DNA of 64,000 bases from Candidatus Acidiferrales bacterium (GCA_963723725.1 CAVRSA010000009.1:635004-699003); one strand, 5' to 3'. Positions 27,681-37,914 are shown, counted from the stretch's first letter. Made by a program: numbers and translations. Notes: a model not told the origin generated them from the letters alone.

Positions 27681-29354
27681 ATGACACCGCGCCGGATCTC
27701 GCTTTTCCCGTACTGCGCAACTCCGGCAATTGCCCTGCTGCTGTTGCAGTTCGTTCCCTTTTCAGAATGCCAGGAGCCGACACCTCCGCCTGCCTCTTCC
27801 GGTGCGCGAACCATGCCACGTTCAGGCGGGTCCCTAGACGCCACACCAGCACCAACCGAAGCATTTCAGACGGGGTTAAAAGAATTTCGGACGCGACAGT
27901 TCCAGGCCGCAGAAACGAGTTTTGCACTTGCAGCCGATACGCAAACCGACGCGCTGCTAAAGTCCCACGCATATGCATGGCTGGCGCGAACGGAACTGCA
28001 TTTGTACAACGTTACCGCAGCGCAGCAAGCAGCGGAAAAGGCAGTCGACACGGCCAGAGACTCCTCAAACGCCCAGACCGCCATGGCCGAAGTCTACTTC
28101 CGGCAAGCGAAAATGGCCGAAGCCCAGCAGATCCTGATTCCGCTTGTCAAATCGCAGACGGCAGGTGCGAGAACATACCTGGCGCTGGCGAAAATTTATC
28201 GCGCGGTCGGTAATTACAAATCGGCGCAGTCACTAATTGAGATCGGGCACCGAATGGATCCTAAAGATCCCGACCTTGAAACGCTGTGGCTCTCAGCGCA
28301 GACGCGTGACGAGCGACTGAGGGATTTAAAAAGCAAGCTCGAGGGAAATCCCGGCGAAACTGCGGAGGAGCAGGAAAATCTGGCGCAGCGAATTAAACTA
28401 CTCGAAGACCTGGGGGCAAATCCGAACCGCACCTGCAGGCTAGTCAGCAGACTAACGAAGACCGAGGTCACACTCTCGCCATTACTCTACGATCCCTACC
28501 ATATCCGCGGTTACGGGTTGGGGGTCAGAGTGAACAACACTCCCGCCATACTGCTGTTGGATACCGGCGCCAGCGGGTTTTTGGTAAGTTCGCGAATCGC
28601 GGAAAAGGCGGGGCTTCGGAAGATCGGCTCTACGCCGGTCGCAGGAATCGGAGACGAAGGTGCGTCGAAAGGTTACCTGGCATTTGCGGGCAAAATAAAA
28701 ATCGGGGAACTGGAATTTGAAAACTGCTACGTAAAGGTGGTTGATAAGAAGCGACCGTTGAAAGAGGACGGATTACTGGGCGCCGACGTTTTTGAGGATT
28801 ATCTGGTCGACCTAAATTTTCCCGACGCGAAATTGGGCCTCACCCAATTGCCGGCCTACCCGGACGAATTGCATGCGCAAACGACGCTGAACTCAGAACC
28901 GAGTACCGTGAACCATCTTCACAATAGCTGGACACCTCCGGAGTTTGCCGATTTCGATAAGGTATACCGCTTCGGGCACATGTTGCTGCTCCCGGTCGGG
29001 CTGAACAAGGCACCCGCGCACTTATTTCTTCTGGATACTGGGGCATTTGACAATCAGGTGGCACCTTCTGCGGCACTAGAAGCCAGTAAGATCTCACAGG
29101 ATTACGATATAAAGGTATCGGGGCTGAGCGGAGAGGTGAAGAAAGTGTTCACAACCGGAAATCTGCTCCTCACGTTTGGCCATTTTCAGCAGCGCGGAGA
29201 TCTCATCGGTTTCGATATGACTAGCCTAAGCAACAGCACCGGCACGGAAATTTCCGGAATACTCGGATTTGCGATGCTGGAGTTACTGGACATCAAGATC
29301 GATTACCGGGACCATCTGGTGAAGTTTAGCTTTGATTCGACCCGGATCCATTGA
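27681..29354 (+). CDS. Secreted TPR protein with two retropepsin-like aspartyl protease domains
   Basis: 557 aa with a signal peptide and an N-terminal TPR region. Two D(T/S)G active-site motifs are in the same chain: ILLLDTGASGFLVS and LFLLDTGAFDNQV. Confidence 0.7.
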   Translation: MTPRRISLFPYCATPAIALLLLQFVPFSECQEPTPPPASSGARTMPRSGGSLDATPAPTEAFQTGLKEFRTRQFQAAETSFALAADTQTDALLKSHAYAWLARTELHLYNVTAAQQAAEKAVDTARDSSNAQTAMAEVYFRQAKMAEAQQILIPLVKSQTAGARTYLALAKIYRAVGNYKSAQSLIEIGHRMDPKDPDLETLWLSAQTRDERLRDLKSKLEGNPGETAEEQENLAQRIKLLEDLGANPNRTCRLVSRLTKTEVTLSPLLYDPYHIRGYGLGVRVNNTPAILLLDTGASGFLVSSRIAEKAGLRKIGSTPVAGIGDEGASKGYLAFAGKIKIGELEFENCYVKVVDKKRPLKEDGLLGADVFEDYLVDLNFPDAKLGLTQLPAYPDELHAQTTLNSEPSTVNHLHNSWTPPEFADFDKVYRFGHMLLLPVGLNKAPAHLFLLDTGAFDNQVAPSAALEASKISQDYDIKVSGLSGEVKKVFTTGNLLLTFGHFQQRGDLIGFDMTSLSNSTGTEISGILGFAMLELLDIKIDYRDHLVKFSFDSTRIH

Positions 29355-29468
29355 GTCGGTTGAGAGCCAGAACGTTAACAGCCGGGAGTCAGTCCGGGGC
29401 CCCGAGAATCTGGCCAATACGATCGCGAATTGACTTGCGTCAGCCCAGCAAATTAAGATGAAAAACGC

Positions 29469-31679
29469 ATGCCGAACCCACAGCCCTTCATTGGCAAGAC
29501 GATTTCCCATTATCGCGTAGTCGAACAGCTCGGCGGTGGCGGTATGGGAGTGGTGTATAAGGCAGAAGACACACGCCTTGGGCGCAATGTCGCGCTGAAA
29601 TTTCTCACGGACAGCATGGGTGAGGACCGCTCATTACTGGAACGCTTTCAGCGTGAAGCGCGTGCCGCTTCGGCATTGAACCACCCCAATATCTGCACCA
29701 TTTATGACGTGGGAGAACACGAAGGGCGTCCGTTTATCTGCATGGAATTGCTTGAAGGTGTGACGCTGAAGCATCGCATCGGTAACAAGCCCATGGAAAA
29801 CGACGAGATGTTGGACCTCGCCGTGCAGATTGCGGATGCGCTCGAAGTGGCGCACGCAAAGCGCATCGTGCATCGCGATATCAAGCCCGCAAACATTTTT
29901 ATCACCCACACGGGGCGTGCGAAGATTCTGGATTTCGGCCTGGCCAAGCTCGCGCCACAACTGCAGCGATTTGGGAATGGAGCGGACAATTCGCCGGAAG
30001 TGACCGTGGGGACTTCGGCGGATGATTTGACGAGTCCCGGTTCAGCAATCGGGACAATTGCCTATATGTCACCTGAGCAGGCACGTGGCGATGGGATCGA
30101 TCATCGCACGGATTTGTTTTCATTTGGGACCGTTCTGTATGAAATGGCAACGGGGCGTCAGACATTTACCGGAAATACTTCGGCAGTGATTTTCGAGGCG
30201 ATTCTCAATCGAGCACCGACTCCGCCCGCAAGGTTGAATCCGAAATTACCCCCGGACCTGTCTAATATCATTTCGAAAGCGATGGAGAAGAACCCTGACG
30301 CCCGGTATCAGAGTGCAGCGAGTATGCGAAATGATTTAACGAAGTTGAAACACGACTCCGACACTGGTCGGTCCGCAGCGCCCGCCGCGCGAGCTCAGAA
30401 ATCTCTGGCGGTTCTGTATTTTGAGAATTTAAGCGGTGCGAAGGAAGATGAATACTTCCGTGATGGAATGACCGAAGACATTATTACCGAACTGCTGAAG
30501 ATCAAGGGTCTGCAGGTTTTTCCGCGCGCGACGATACTTCCGTACCGCGACAAGGCCGCCACTGCCAGACAGATCGGGCAGGAACTGAATGCGGGGTATG
30601 TGTTGGGCGGCAGCCTGCGAAGGGCCGGCAACCGCTTGCGGATTAATGCGCAACTCGTAGATTCCGATACAGACTTTCCAATGTGGGCGGAGCGGTACGA
30701 CCGAGAGTTGAAGGATGTATTTGACGTACAGGAAGAAATTGCCCGGAGCATCGCGCAGGCCTTGCGGATTACTCTGTCGCAGCAAGAAGACAAGACGATG
30801 GCACGCAAGCCGACCGACAATCTCCAGGCTTATGATTACCTGCTGCGCGGGCGAAGTTACGCACGGAGAGAAAATCTCGAGTTTGCAATGCAGATGTTTG
30901 AGCACGCAATTCGGCTAGATCCCGACTTTTCCCTGGCACACGCCGGAATCGCACTGGTTTGCGGCATGCAATATGAGCTGCATGGAAAAGATCCGAAAAC
31001 CCTTGAGAAGGGCAAGCAAGCGGCCGATCGAGCGGTGGCGCTAGGTCCGCAATTGGCCGAAGCCCTGGCCGGACAGGCTCGAATTTTCTATGCGCAGAAT
31101 AAATATGAAGATGCGATTGAATGGGCGAAAAAGGCCGTCGACCGCAAGCAGGATTGCGAAGGGGCGTACAGCGTATTACTGCGCGCCTATTTTGCATCGG
31201 GCCGGTATCAGGATGTGGCAGACCTGTGCGATCGCGCGGTCGAGGCGGTTGGCGATGACTACAACGTCTATCCGCCTCTGGTGAATTCGTTCGCAGCGCT
31301 GGGCGATCCCGAGGCATCCCGGAAGATGCGTGAGAAGGCTGTTGTGGCGCTGCAGCATCAGGTGGAATTAGTTCCGGAGGACGTAAGGGCAAGGAGCTTG
31401 TTGGCAGTACAGTTCGGAGCTCTGAATCGGGTGAAGGAAGCTGTCGGGGAACTGGAAAAAACGGTTGCGATGCGGCCGAAAGACCCGAACACGCTGTACA
31501 ACGCGGCGTGTACCTATGGAATCCTGAATATGAAAGACGAGGCGCTGCTGATGTTCAGGCGCGCAGTCGAATCCGGGTTCAGCAATCCGGATTGGGCGGC
31601 ACGAGACAGTGACCTGGCTTGCCTCCATGAGGATCCCGAATTTAAACGGATTATCAGCCACGATTTACATCGTGGCTAG
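29469..31679 (+). CDS. Ser/Thr protein kinase with TolB-N-like linker domain and C-terminal TPR repeats
   Basis: 736 aa. Kinase motifs are [31 protein letters not shown] and SPEQ. The middle region is ...[30 protein letters not shown].... TPRs occupy the last ~250 aa. Confidence 0.9.
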   Translation: MPNPQPFIGKTISHYRVVEQLGGGGMGVVYKAEDTRLGRNVALKFLTDSMGEDRSLLERFQREARAASALNHPNICTIYDVGEHEGRPFICMELLEGVTLKHRIGNKPMENDEMLDLAVQIADALEVAHAKRIVHRDIKPANIFITHTGRAKILDFGLAKLAPQLQRFGNGADNSPEVTVGTSADDLTSPGSAIGTIAYMSPEQARGDGIDHRTDLFSFGTVLYEMATGRQTFTGNTSAVIFEAILNRAPTPPARLNPKLPPDLSNIISKAMEKNPDARYQSAASMRNDLTKLKHDSDTGRSAAPAARAQKSLAVLYFENLSGAKEDEYFRDGMTEDIITELLKIKGLQVFPRATILPYRDKAATARQIGQELNAGYVLGGSLRRAGNRLRINAQLVDSDTDFPMWAERYDRELKDVFDVQEEIARSIAQALRITLSQQEDKTMARKPTDNLQAYDYLLRGRSYARRENLEFAMQMFEHAIRLDPDFSLAHAGIALVCGMQYELHGKDPKTLEKGKQAADRAVALGPQLAEALAGQARIFYAQNKYEDAIEWAKKAVDRKQDCEGAYSVLLRAYFASGRYQDVADLCDRAVEAVGDDYNVYPPLVNSFAALGDPEASRKMREKAVVALQHQVELVPEDVRARSLLAVQFGALNRVKEAVGELEKTVAMRPKDPNTLYNAACTYGILNMKDEALLMFRRAVESGFSNPDWAARDSDLACLHEDPEFKRIISHDLHRG

Positions 31680-31921
31680 AAGCGGTTAGCCGGCCGTCGG
31701 GCCCTTTCGCGAGAAAACCTCCAACTTCAGGCGATAGCGATAAGCAGAGAGCGCGGAAACGCGGGCAACCCATTTAACGGGACTATTTTATGGGCGCTTT
31801 AATTCGGGTGTCAGGCGAACGTTCACAGACTCGGCATACAGAAGCCTCTGGACTGCGTTTCAAAAGACTGTAGCGTATGCTCCGGCGGACTGGCATCCAA
31901 TTCCAGAAGGAATAAGAGACG

Positions 31922-32338
31922 ATGAAACTTCATGCGTACCTGAATTTCGGCGGAAACTGCGAAGAAGCGTTTGAATTTTATGAGAAGCACTTGGGCGGAA
32001 AAATAACGATGAAGATGCGTCATTCGGATGCACCCGGTCCCAGCACCGTGCCAGAGAGTTGGGGCAAGGCGATCCTGTACATGAAAATGACCCTCGGGCA
32101 GACCGAGATCATGGCGAATGACGTTCCGCCGGAGCGGTTTCAGCCAATGAGGAGCGTCTATCTCTCGCTTACCGCGGATAGTACCGAGGAAGCGGAGCGC
32201 ATTCACAACGTGCTCGTCGAAGGTGGGCAGATTTTCATGCCGATGCAGGAAACGTTTTTCGCGAAACGGTTCAGCATGCTTCGGGACCGGTTTGGGACGT
32301 CATGGATGATTATTCATGAGAAGCCCGTGCAGGGTTGA
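31922..32338 (+). CDS. VOC/glyoxalase-superfamily protein (PhnB-like)
   Basis: 138 aa. The N-terminus MKLHAYLNFGGNCEEAFEFYEKHLGG and ...FFAKRFSMLRDRFGTSWMI... are typical of the PhnB-like family. Confidence 0.8.
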   Translation: MKLHAYLNFGGNCEEAFEFYEKHLGGKITMKMRHSDAPGPSTVPESWGKAILYMKMTLGQTEIMANDVPPERFQPMRSVYLSLTADSTEEAERIHNVLVEGGQIFMPMQETFFAKRFSMLRDRFGTSWMIIHEKPVQG

Positions 32339-32352
32339 CGCAACGCCACAGA

Positions 32353-33141
32353 TCAGTTCGGGGAAACCACTCGGATGAGGAAGGCGTCATACGCATCGAG
32401 TTTCATGCCGGCTTTTTCGAATCGCAGAGTGATAACACCGATGGGAGCCGTCTTGCCGGCATGCGTGATGTGGACGGCGGGCAATCCGTAGACTCCGCAG
32501 GCGTCGGCGGAGAAAACCCACAAGGCCTGTAGTCGATCATCGCCGTTGACCGGTCCCTCGCAATCCGAGCCGGGAGCGGCACTGACGTGGACGAGTACCC
32601 CGCCGAACACACCTTTGCCCACCGATTGTTTGTGGAGATTGCGCACCTCCCCGCCGTCTCCGAAGCGTATGTCCCCGCCAATCTGTGTGGTGTCAGCCCA
32701 ACCCGTAGGAGTACCTGCATCGGCTTGTGTAAACGGTGTTTGCGCTGTCCGAACGGCTTCATAAGAGGCCAGTGCCCGAAGACTCGCGGCGATGGCGATC
32801 ATTTGCTTGCGGTATTCCACTTTTTCGAAACGAAGGGAAAGATCAACGTAGCGGCTGTCCTGAGCGTTAACGACCGAGACGACCGTACCGGTAATGCGGG
32901 ATCTATGTGTAATCTTATCGCGTTTGGTGAGAGGAATATCCTGGGCAACGCGACCTTCAAAGGGCTGACCGGCATGAACCTCGGAAAGGGAAAGCGTCTG
33001 GTCAAGTGTTACCGGGAGAATCAGCCCCACGGGAATCTCGGAAGGGACAACCGGCGCCGTGCCGGCAGCGACAAGGGCGCCGGAAAATTCCAGAAAACCG
33101 GCAACGGCAAGAACGCTGAAAAGGAAAGCGACTGAAGGCAT
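32353..33141 (-). CDS. Hypothetical secreted protein
   Basis: ORF 32353..33174 starts at GTG. I prefer the ATG at 33141 (MPSVAFLFSVLAVAGFLEFSGALVAAG, signal-like). I recognise no motif. Confidence 0.5.
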   Translation of the reverse strand: MPSVAFLFSVLAVAGFLEFSGALVAAGTAPVVPSEIPVGLILPVTLDQTLSLSEVHAGQPFEGRVAQDIPLTKRDKITHRSRITGTVVSVVNAQDSRYVDLSLRFEKVEYRKQMIAIAASLRALASYEAVRTAQTPFTQADAGTPTGWADTTQIGGDIRFGDGGEVRNLHKQSVGKGVFGGVLVHVSAAPGSDCEGPVNGDDRLQALWVFSADACGVYGLPAVHITHAGKTAPIGVITLRFEKAGMKLDAYDAFLIRVVSPN

Positions 33142-33297
33142 ATGCACGCGATAGTTCGGATTCACGAAAGACACAAAGACTCCTGGAGGCCGGGTTGCGG
33201 CGACAGAATGCTGAGAAAGAAGTTACACAAGGAGCGGCAGCGAGACAAGGAGCGACCCACTTCGCCCAGGAGCGCTGGATACGAGAAATTGAACGAC

Positions 33298-33337
33298 AAA
33301 GAACGGGCCGGCGCTCAGGAGCCCCGGCCCGTTCTTT
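33298..33337 (-). terminator. Stem-loop downstream of the 745-aa lipoprotein gene (possible terminator)
   Basis: A 14-bp perfect stem (aaagaacgggccgg / ccggcccgttcttt) has a 12-nt loop. The 3' side on the minus strand is only moderately T-rich (ttctttgtcgtt). Confidence 0.45.
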
Positions 33338-33349
33338 GCATCTTTGCGT

Positions 33350-35587
33350 CTACTTGGTTGAAGTCTGTTGAACCAGAACGTAGATCTGGGGTTCAGACAC
33401 GTTGGTGGCATCGATGGCCACGATAAGCGGGCCATTGGTGACCAGGACCTTGTTATTGTTGTCGAAGTTTCCGGAGCCATCGGCGTTGATGCTAATGGTT
33501 CCGGTAAAGGATTGACTCGGTGTCGGGGATGGTTCGCCGCTGATAACCGTATCAACAGTTCCGGTGTACCCGCCCTTGCCATCGAAGACGAAAGTGCCGG
33601 TTTGCGAGCCTGCCTTGCCGGAGATATCTTCGGCGGTTCCGAATGAATACGCACCCGAGACGCTGCTGTCAGACAACGCGGGAGTCGCAGTCCCCTGAAG
33701 TGCCACAAATCCGGAGGTCACGGTTGCACCGGTGCCGACTACGAAGGCGGCGATGTCGTCCTCGGTTGCGGTCGAAGTGAGATACGCCACGGGCGACTGG
33801 CTTGTGTCTCCGGTGAATGCGGTAATCCTCCCGGTCGTCGCGTCAAAGGTATAGGTCGCATTGGAGTACGTGTTCTTGGCATACGTTCCCGCGTCGTTCG
33901 TATAGATAGTCGCGGATGTAACGTTGCCGCTGGTAGCGAGTTGAAGAGTGCCGATAGACACCACGTTTTCGCCGTTATTCGGGTCGACGCCACTGACGGC
34001 AGAAATGTAATAGCCGTTCGGAGCGACCGAGGTGGCTGCGGATTGCAGAGCACGGCCCGCGAGTAGGAAGCTCGGGATGACTGGCTGATCGGTAGAGAGA
34101 ATGTAGAGGTCCGAGTTGTTGACGATGTAGAAAGCAAAATCAAAGGTCAGTGTATTGTTGCCGTTCGGAATCGTATAGGTACCGTTGCCGCGACCCGTAG
34201 TAGAAGATACGGTGGAATTGAGTGTGCCGCTGCCGCCGGTCAAGGCACCCGAAGCAGTTCCGCCCACGTTTTCGTCAGCAGTGCCGCTCGAAAGAGCACC
34301 CGCACTCTGGGCCAAGCTCCCAGCGATTGCAGTACGGCTGTACCCCGAATTGTCCGAGTACCAGCCGTCCAGGCCAAAGGCGAAATTGGAGGCAAGGTTG
34401 GTCAGGGAGAAATCAGCAGTCGTCTGCTGGTGCATTTGGCCTGCACCGGCTAGTTGGGATGTAACGTAGTCGTATTCCTGGATGCGACCCGTCTGGTTGC
34501 CGAGACTCAGCGAGAAACTGAAAGTGACAGACGCTGGCCCTGCTGGAGCGACTTCCGGCCTGGCGCTGGTGCGGGCACGCTTGAAGGAACGCAGTGTGGC
34601 GATGTCCGGAGTCTTGGCCTTGCGCTCCGCTGGCGGCAGGTTCTCTCCGGTAAACACAAGGTAGAGACATCCGCGACCATCGTTGCCATAGGCATAGGAG
34701 CTTGCCGCCAGATTGACTTTCAAGGAAGCATAGCCGGTAGAGGCACTTAGGAAGTCGGCATCAGCAGCCGTAATTCCGCCACTGCCATTGGGCGTAAAGC
34801 TGCCCGCCCAGTAAGCCGGATTTTGCGTACTATCGGCGCCTTTGAGCAGGTACGCGAAGGGCACGGTCAGAGCGGATTCGTTGCCGAGTGTGCCGGGAGC
34901 AGTGGCGCAAGCGGCGCTTACCACCCCATTGATTGTGCCAGAGAAAGCTTGGGAGCCGGTGCCGGTTGGCGAAGCAGAGTCCGCGACCGAGAGCGTAAGG
35001 GAATACGTTCCCGTAGCAGTCGGGGTGCCCGTGATGGTGATGGTAGTCGTGGTCGAAGTAATCGTGGTCGCGCTTGTGGCCGTACCGTTGTTCAGGACAA
35101 GGCCAGCCGGCAATGCACCGGAAGAAACTGTCCACGTGTAAGGGCCGGTAGTGGCAGGCGCAATCGTCAGGGTGACGGGAGTAGCAGCAGTGCCGCTGAC
35201 GAGATTGCCGAGAGTGGTGGGAGTGATGGTAAGAGTCTGGCTAACGACAACGGCGACGGTGTAGGTGGCAGTAGCGGACTTCGAATCGGTCACGGTAACG
35301 GAGATATCGTAGGTACCAGCCGCAGTTGGGGTTCCAGCAAGAGTAATGTTCGTGCCCGTGGTTGCAGAAGAAGAAATGCCAGGAGGAAGATTGCTGAAAG
35401 TCCACGTGTACGGGGCAGTGCCGTAGGAGACACCCAGCGATCCGCTATAAGCGACGCCAACAGTGCCGGTGGCAGGTAAGGAACCGGCAATGGCGATCGG
35501 CCCGGCACCGTTGCTGCCACAGCCGATCAGGATAAGAGTCAGAAATAGAGATGCGAAAACGAGCACGATTGATCTATTGCGTTGCAT
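33350..35587 (-). CDS. Large lipoprotein with N-terminal He_PIG-type Ig-like repeats and uncharacterised C-terminal ~480 aa
   Basis: 745 aa. The lipobox is ...LTLILIGCGS. It has repeated Ig-like modules ending ...ITLAGTPTAAGTYDISVTVTDS and ...ITITGTPTATGTYSLTLSVADS. The remainder is Thr/Ser/Gly-rich beta-type sequence. Confidence 0.65.
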   Translation of the reverse strand: MQRNRSIVLVFASLFLTLILIGCGSNGAGPIAIAGSLPATGTVGVAYSGSLGVSYGTAPYTWTFSNLPPGISSSATTGTNITLAGTPTAAGTYDISVTVTDSKSATATYTVAVVVSQTLTITPTTLGNLVSGTAATPVTLTIAPATTGPYTWTVSSGALPAGLVLNNGTATSATTITSTTTTITITGTPTATGTYSLTLSVADSASPTGTGSQAFSGTINGVVSAACATAPGTLGNESALTVPFAYLLKGADSTQNPAYWAGSFTPNGSGGITAADADFLSASTGYASLKVNLAASSYAYGNDGRGCLYLVFTGENLPPAERKAKTPDIATLRSFKRARTSARPEVAPAGPASVTFSFSLSLGNQTGRIQEYDYVTSQLAGAGQMHQQTTADFSLTNLASNFAFGLDGWYSDNSGYSRTAIAGSLAQSAGALSSGTADENVGGTASGALTGGSGTLNSTVSSTTGRGNGTYTIPNGNNTLTFDFAFYIVNNSDLYILSTDQPVIPSFLLAGRALQSAATSVAPNGYYISAVSGVDPNNGENVVSIGTLQLATSGNVTSATIYTNDAGTYAKNTYSNATYTFDATTGRITAFTGDTSQSPVAYLTSTATEDDIAAFVVGTGATVTSGFVALQGTATPALSDSSVSGAYSFGTAEDISGKAGSQTGTFVFDGKGGYTGTVDTVISGEPSPTPSQSFTGTISINADGSGNFDNNNKVLVTNGPLIVAIDATNVSEPQIYVLVQQTSTK

Positions 35588-35902
35588 GATTCTCCTTAAA
35601 ACGAAAATTAGACTTACGGGAGCGAGACTATGTGAGGCGGATACAACCTATGTCACCCAACCCATACTGACAATTCCGTCAAGGCAACATCGAATTGAGG
35701 CGATTGTAGCCTGTTTTAGGAGAAGGGCAAGTGAAATGTTTGCCCAAGTAAATCGAATAAGCACGCGCATGACGAACCCCCGGAGCGAGGAATCGGAGGA
35801 ACTTCAGATCGCATGTTGGCGGGATCCGACCGGGTCTCTTCTTACGGGAGGGAAAGACAGCGGCGCCCACAGAATCAGGCGGCGGGTAGGTGTTCGAACC
35901 GT

Positions 35903-36958
35903 CTAAAAGAATGAAAGTTTAATGCTGAGGTACTTTTTGGGATTCTTGCGAAAATCCTCAAGGAACTTGCGCATGTCGGCCGAGAGCGCGGTAACGTTGT
36001 CGTAGAGTTGAGGATCGTTAAATAGTTTGCCCGCCGTATTGTCCGATTTATTGAGTTTGGCGGTAGCGGTGTCGATGTTGGTGCTGGCATCGCGCAATTT
36101 GTTGTACAAAGTCTCGTCGGTAACAAGCTTGCCGAGAGTTCCCTTTCCAGCCTTGACGTCGCTCATGAGCGTATTCCCGTTATCGAGGGCCTTCTTCGCT
36201 TCGTCGTAGAGGCTCGGGTCGTAGAGAAGCTTGCCAATGGTGCCTTTTTGCTCGCGAACATCAGAAAGGATGCCATTGATCTGATCGACCCCCTTGTCGA
36301 CCTTAACGTAGAGTTCATCGTTGTTGAGCATCTTGCCGAGAGTGCCCTTGCCAGCTTGCACGCTTGCGACGATTTCATTTCCTTTAACAAGCATGGTGTT
36401 GAGATTGTTGTACGCTTGATCGTCGGTAATCAGTTTGCCTAGGGTGCCTTTGCCAGCCTTGAGATCGTCAATAATGTCGGAAATCTGCCCGCTGAGGACC
36501 TTGAAATTCGCCATAATGTCGGTCACTTCTCCAGCCGTCACGGTCTGGCCGTCCTGAATCGGGGTGCCCGTGAATCCACGCTGGATGTTGACGTAGCGGT
36601 TGCCAAGAAGTCCTTCGGTAACCAGAGACGCGGTTGAGTCGGTGAGAATATCGTCCTGATATTTTTTGTCGAGGCGCATGTCGACCATGATGTTGTGCTT
36701 GGCGTCGGGAGGCTTTCCGTGATTGCGGCCCACCAGCTGGATGTCATCGACATTGCCGATAACCACGCCGTCAAGCTTGACCGGCGCACCAGGAGCGAGG
36801 CCTGAAACTTCAGGCAGATAAGTCTTGATGCGATATTTGGGGCCAAGAAAGCCGGCACCGGTAACGTAGAAGATGGCGACGGCGAGAACGATGAGCCCAA
36901 GAATGACGAAAAGACCGACGCGCAATTCTGTCCAGGTCAATTGTTTGCGCTGCGCCAT
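35903..36958 (-). CDS. MlaD/MCE-family protein with repeated C-terminal modules
   Basis: 351 aa. It has an N-terminal TM (VGLFVILGLIVLAVAIFYV) and an MCE domain (...GLAPGAPVKLDGVVIGNVDDI...). Five ~35-aa modules follow, carrying (A)GKGT(L/I)GKL-type motifs. Confidence 0.8.
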   Translation of the reverse strand: MAQRKQLTWTELRVGLFVILGLIVLAVAIFYVTGAGFLGPKYRIKTYLPEVSGLAPGAPVKLDGVVIGNVDDIQLVGRNHGKPPDAKHNIMVDMRLDKKYQDDILTDSTASLVTEGLLGNRYVNIQRGFTGTPIQDGQTVTAGEVTDIMANFKVLSGQISDIIDDLKAGKGTLGKLITDDQAYNNLNTMLVKGNEIVASVQAGKGTLGKMLNNDELYVKVDKGVDQINGILSDVREQKGTIGKLLYDPSLYDEAKKALDNGNTLMSDVKAGKGTLGKLVTDETLYNKLRDASTNIDTATAKLNKSDNTAGKLFNDPQLYDNVTALSADMRKFLEDFRKNPKKYLSIKLSFF

Positions 36959-37016
36959 TCCGCGGTTCCTCCGTCAGTCCCTGCACCGTAAATCTTCTGT
37001 GACAACTATACAAGAT

Positions 37017-37847
37017 TCAAATCAAAAATCGTTGTAGATATGGGTCCTTGGTCTCCAAAAGCTCCTCGGGGAAACCTTCAAAATAGACTTTGCCGTCACG
37101 AAGCACCAGAAACCTGGTAACAACAGGATTGACACTCTCAACTGTGGTGTCTCGCTGGACCTTTTTTGTTTTCGGATCGAAACGGAAATTGGCAAGGGCA
37201 AAGCCATCTTGGAGACGGTGAGTGGCCAGAAGCGCAGTTACCCCGAACACGTCCCGCAGGCGAAGAATGAGAGTGATAATTGTTTGCGAAGTGACCGGAT
37301 CGAGGCCAGCAGTCGGGGAATCGTAAAGGACAATTTTGGGGCGGTTGATGAGTGCGCGGGCAATCGAAACGCGACGGCGCATTCCTCCGGAAAGTTCGGA
37401 GGGCAGCATGTCGATCGTGTGTTCGAGTTCAACGAACCGGAGAATTTCTTCAACCTTGGGCTGAAACGTATCCTGATCTTCTCCGTCCTCGATCAGGCGA
37501 TAGGCCACGTTTTCGCCTACCGTAAGCGAGTCAAAAAGGGCTCCCTCCTGAAAGACAAACCCCAGATTGCGGCGGAAGTCCAGAAGATCCCGTTCGGGGG
37601 TTCCTGAGACTCGTTGACCGAGAACGTTGATCTCGCCGGAGTCCGGGCACATCAGGCCCACAGCGAGTTTCAGGGTAAGCGTTTTACCGGTGCCGGTTTC
37701 GCCGAGGAGAACGATCGTTTCCCGCGGTTTTGCGGAAAAGGAAATTCCACGAAGGATATCGCCTTCAGGAAAACTGAGGTGAACGTCGCGGAAATCGATG
37801 ACGGAAGCGCTCGGGTCGACGGGAGTGGGTTGGGTGGCTAAGGGCAT
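37017..37847 (-). CDS. ABC transporter ATP-binding protein, MlaF-like, with non-canonical Walker B (DSP instead of DEP)
   Basis: 276 aa. Motifs are Walker A GETGTGKT, Q-loop FVFQEGALF, signature LSGGMRRR, Walker B IVLYDSPTAGLDP and H-loop LATHRL. Confidence 0.85.
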   Translation of the reverse strand: MPLATQPTPVDPSASVIDFRDVHLSFPEGDILRGISFSAKPRETIVLLGETGTGKTLTLKLAVGLMCPDSGEINVLGQRVSGTPERDLLDFRRNLGFVFQEGALFDSLTVGENVAYRLIEDGEDQDTFQPKVEEILRFVELEHTIDMLPSELSGGMRRRVSIARALINRPKIVLYDSPTAGLDPVTSQTIITLILRLRDVFGVTALLATHRLQDGFALANFRFDPKTKKVQRDTTVESVNPVVTRFLVLRDGKVYFEGFPEELLETKDPYLQRFLI

Positions 37848-37914
37848 TGAAATGGAAAGGAGAGGTTAACTGGGGACAACCGGGAGGTCAAGCGGGACGG
37901 AAGCGGGTGTCAAG

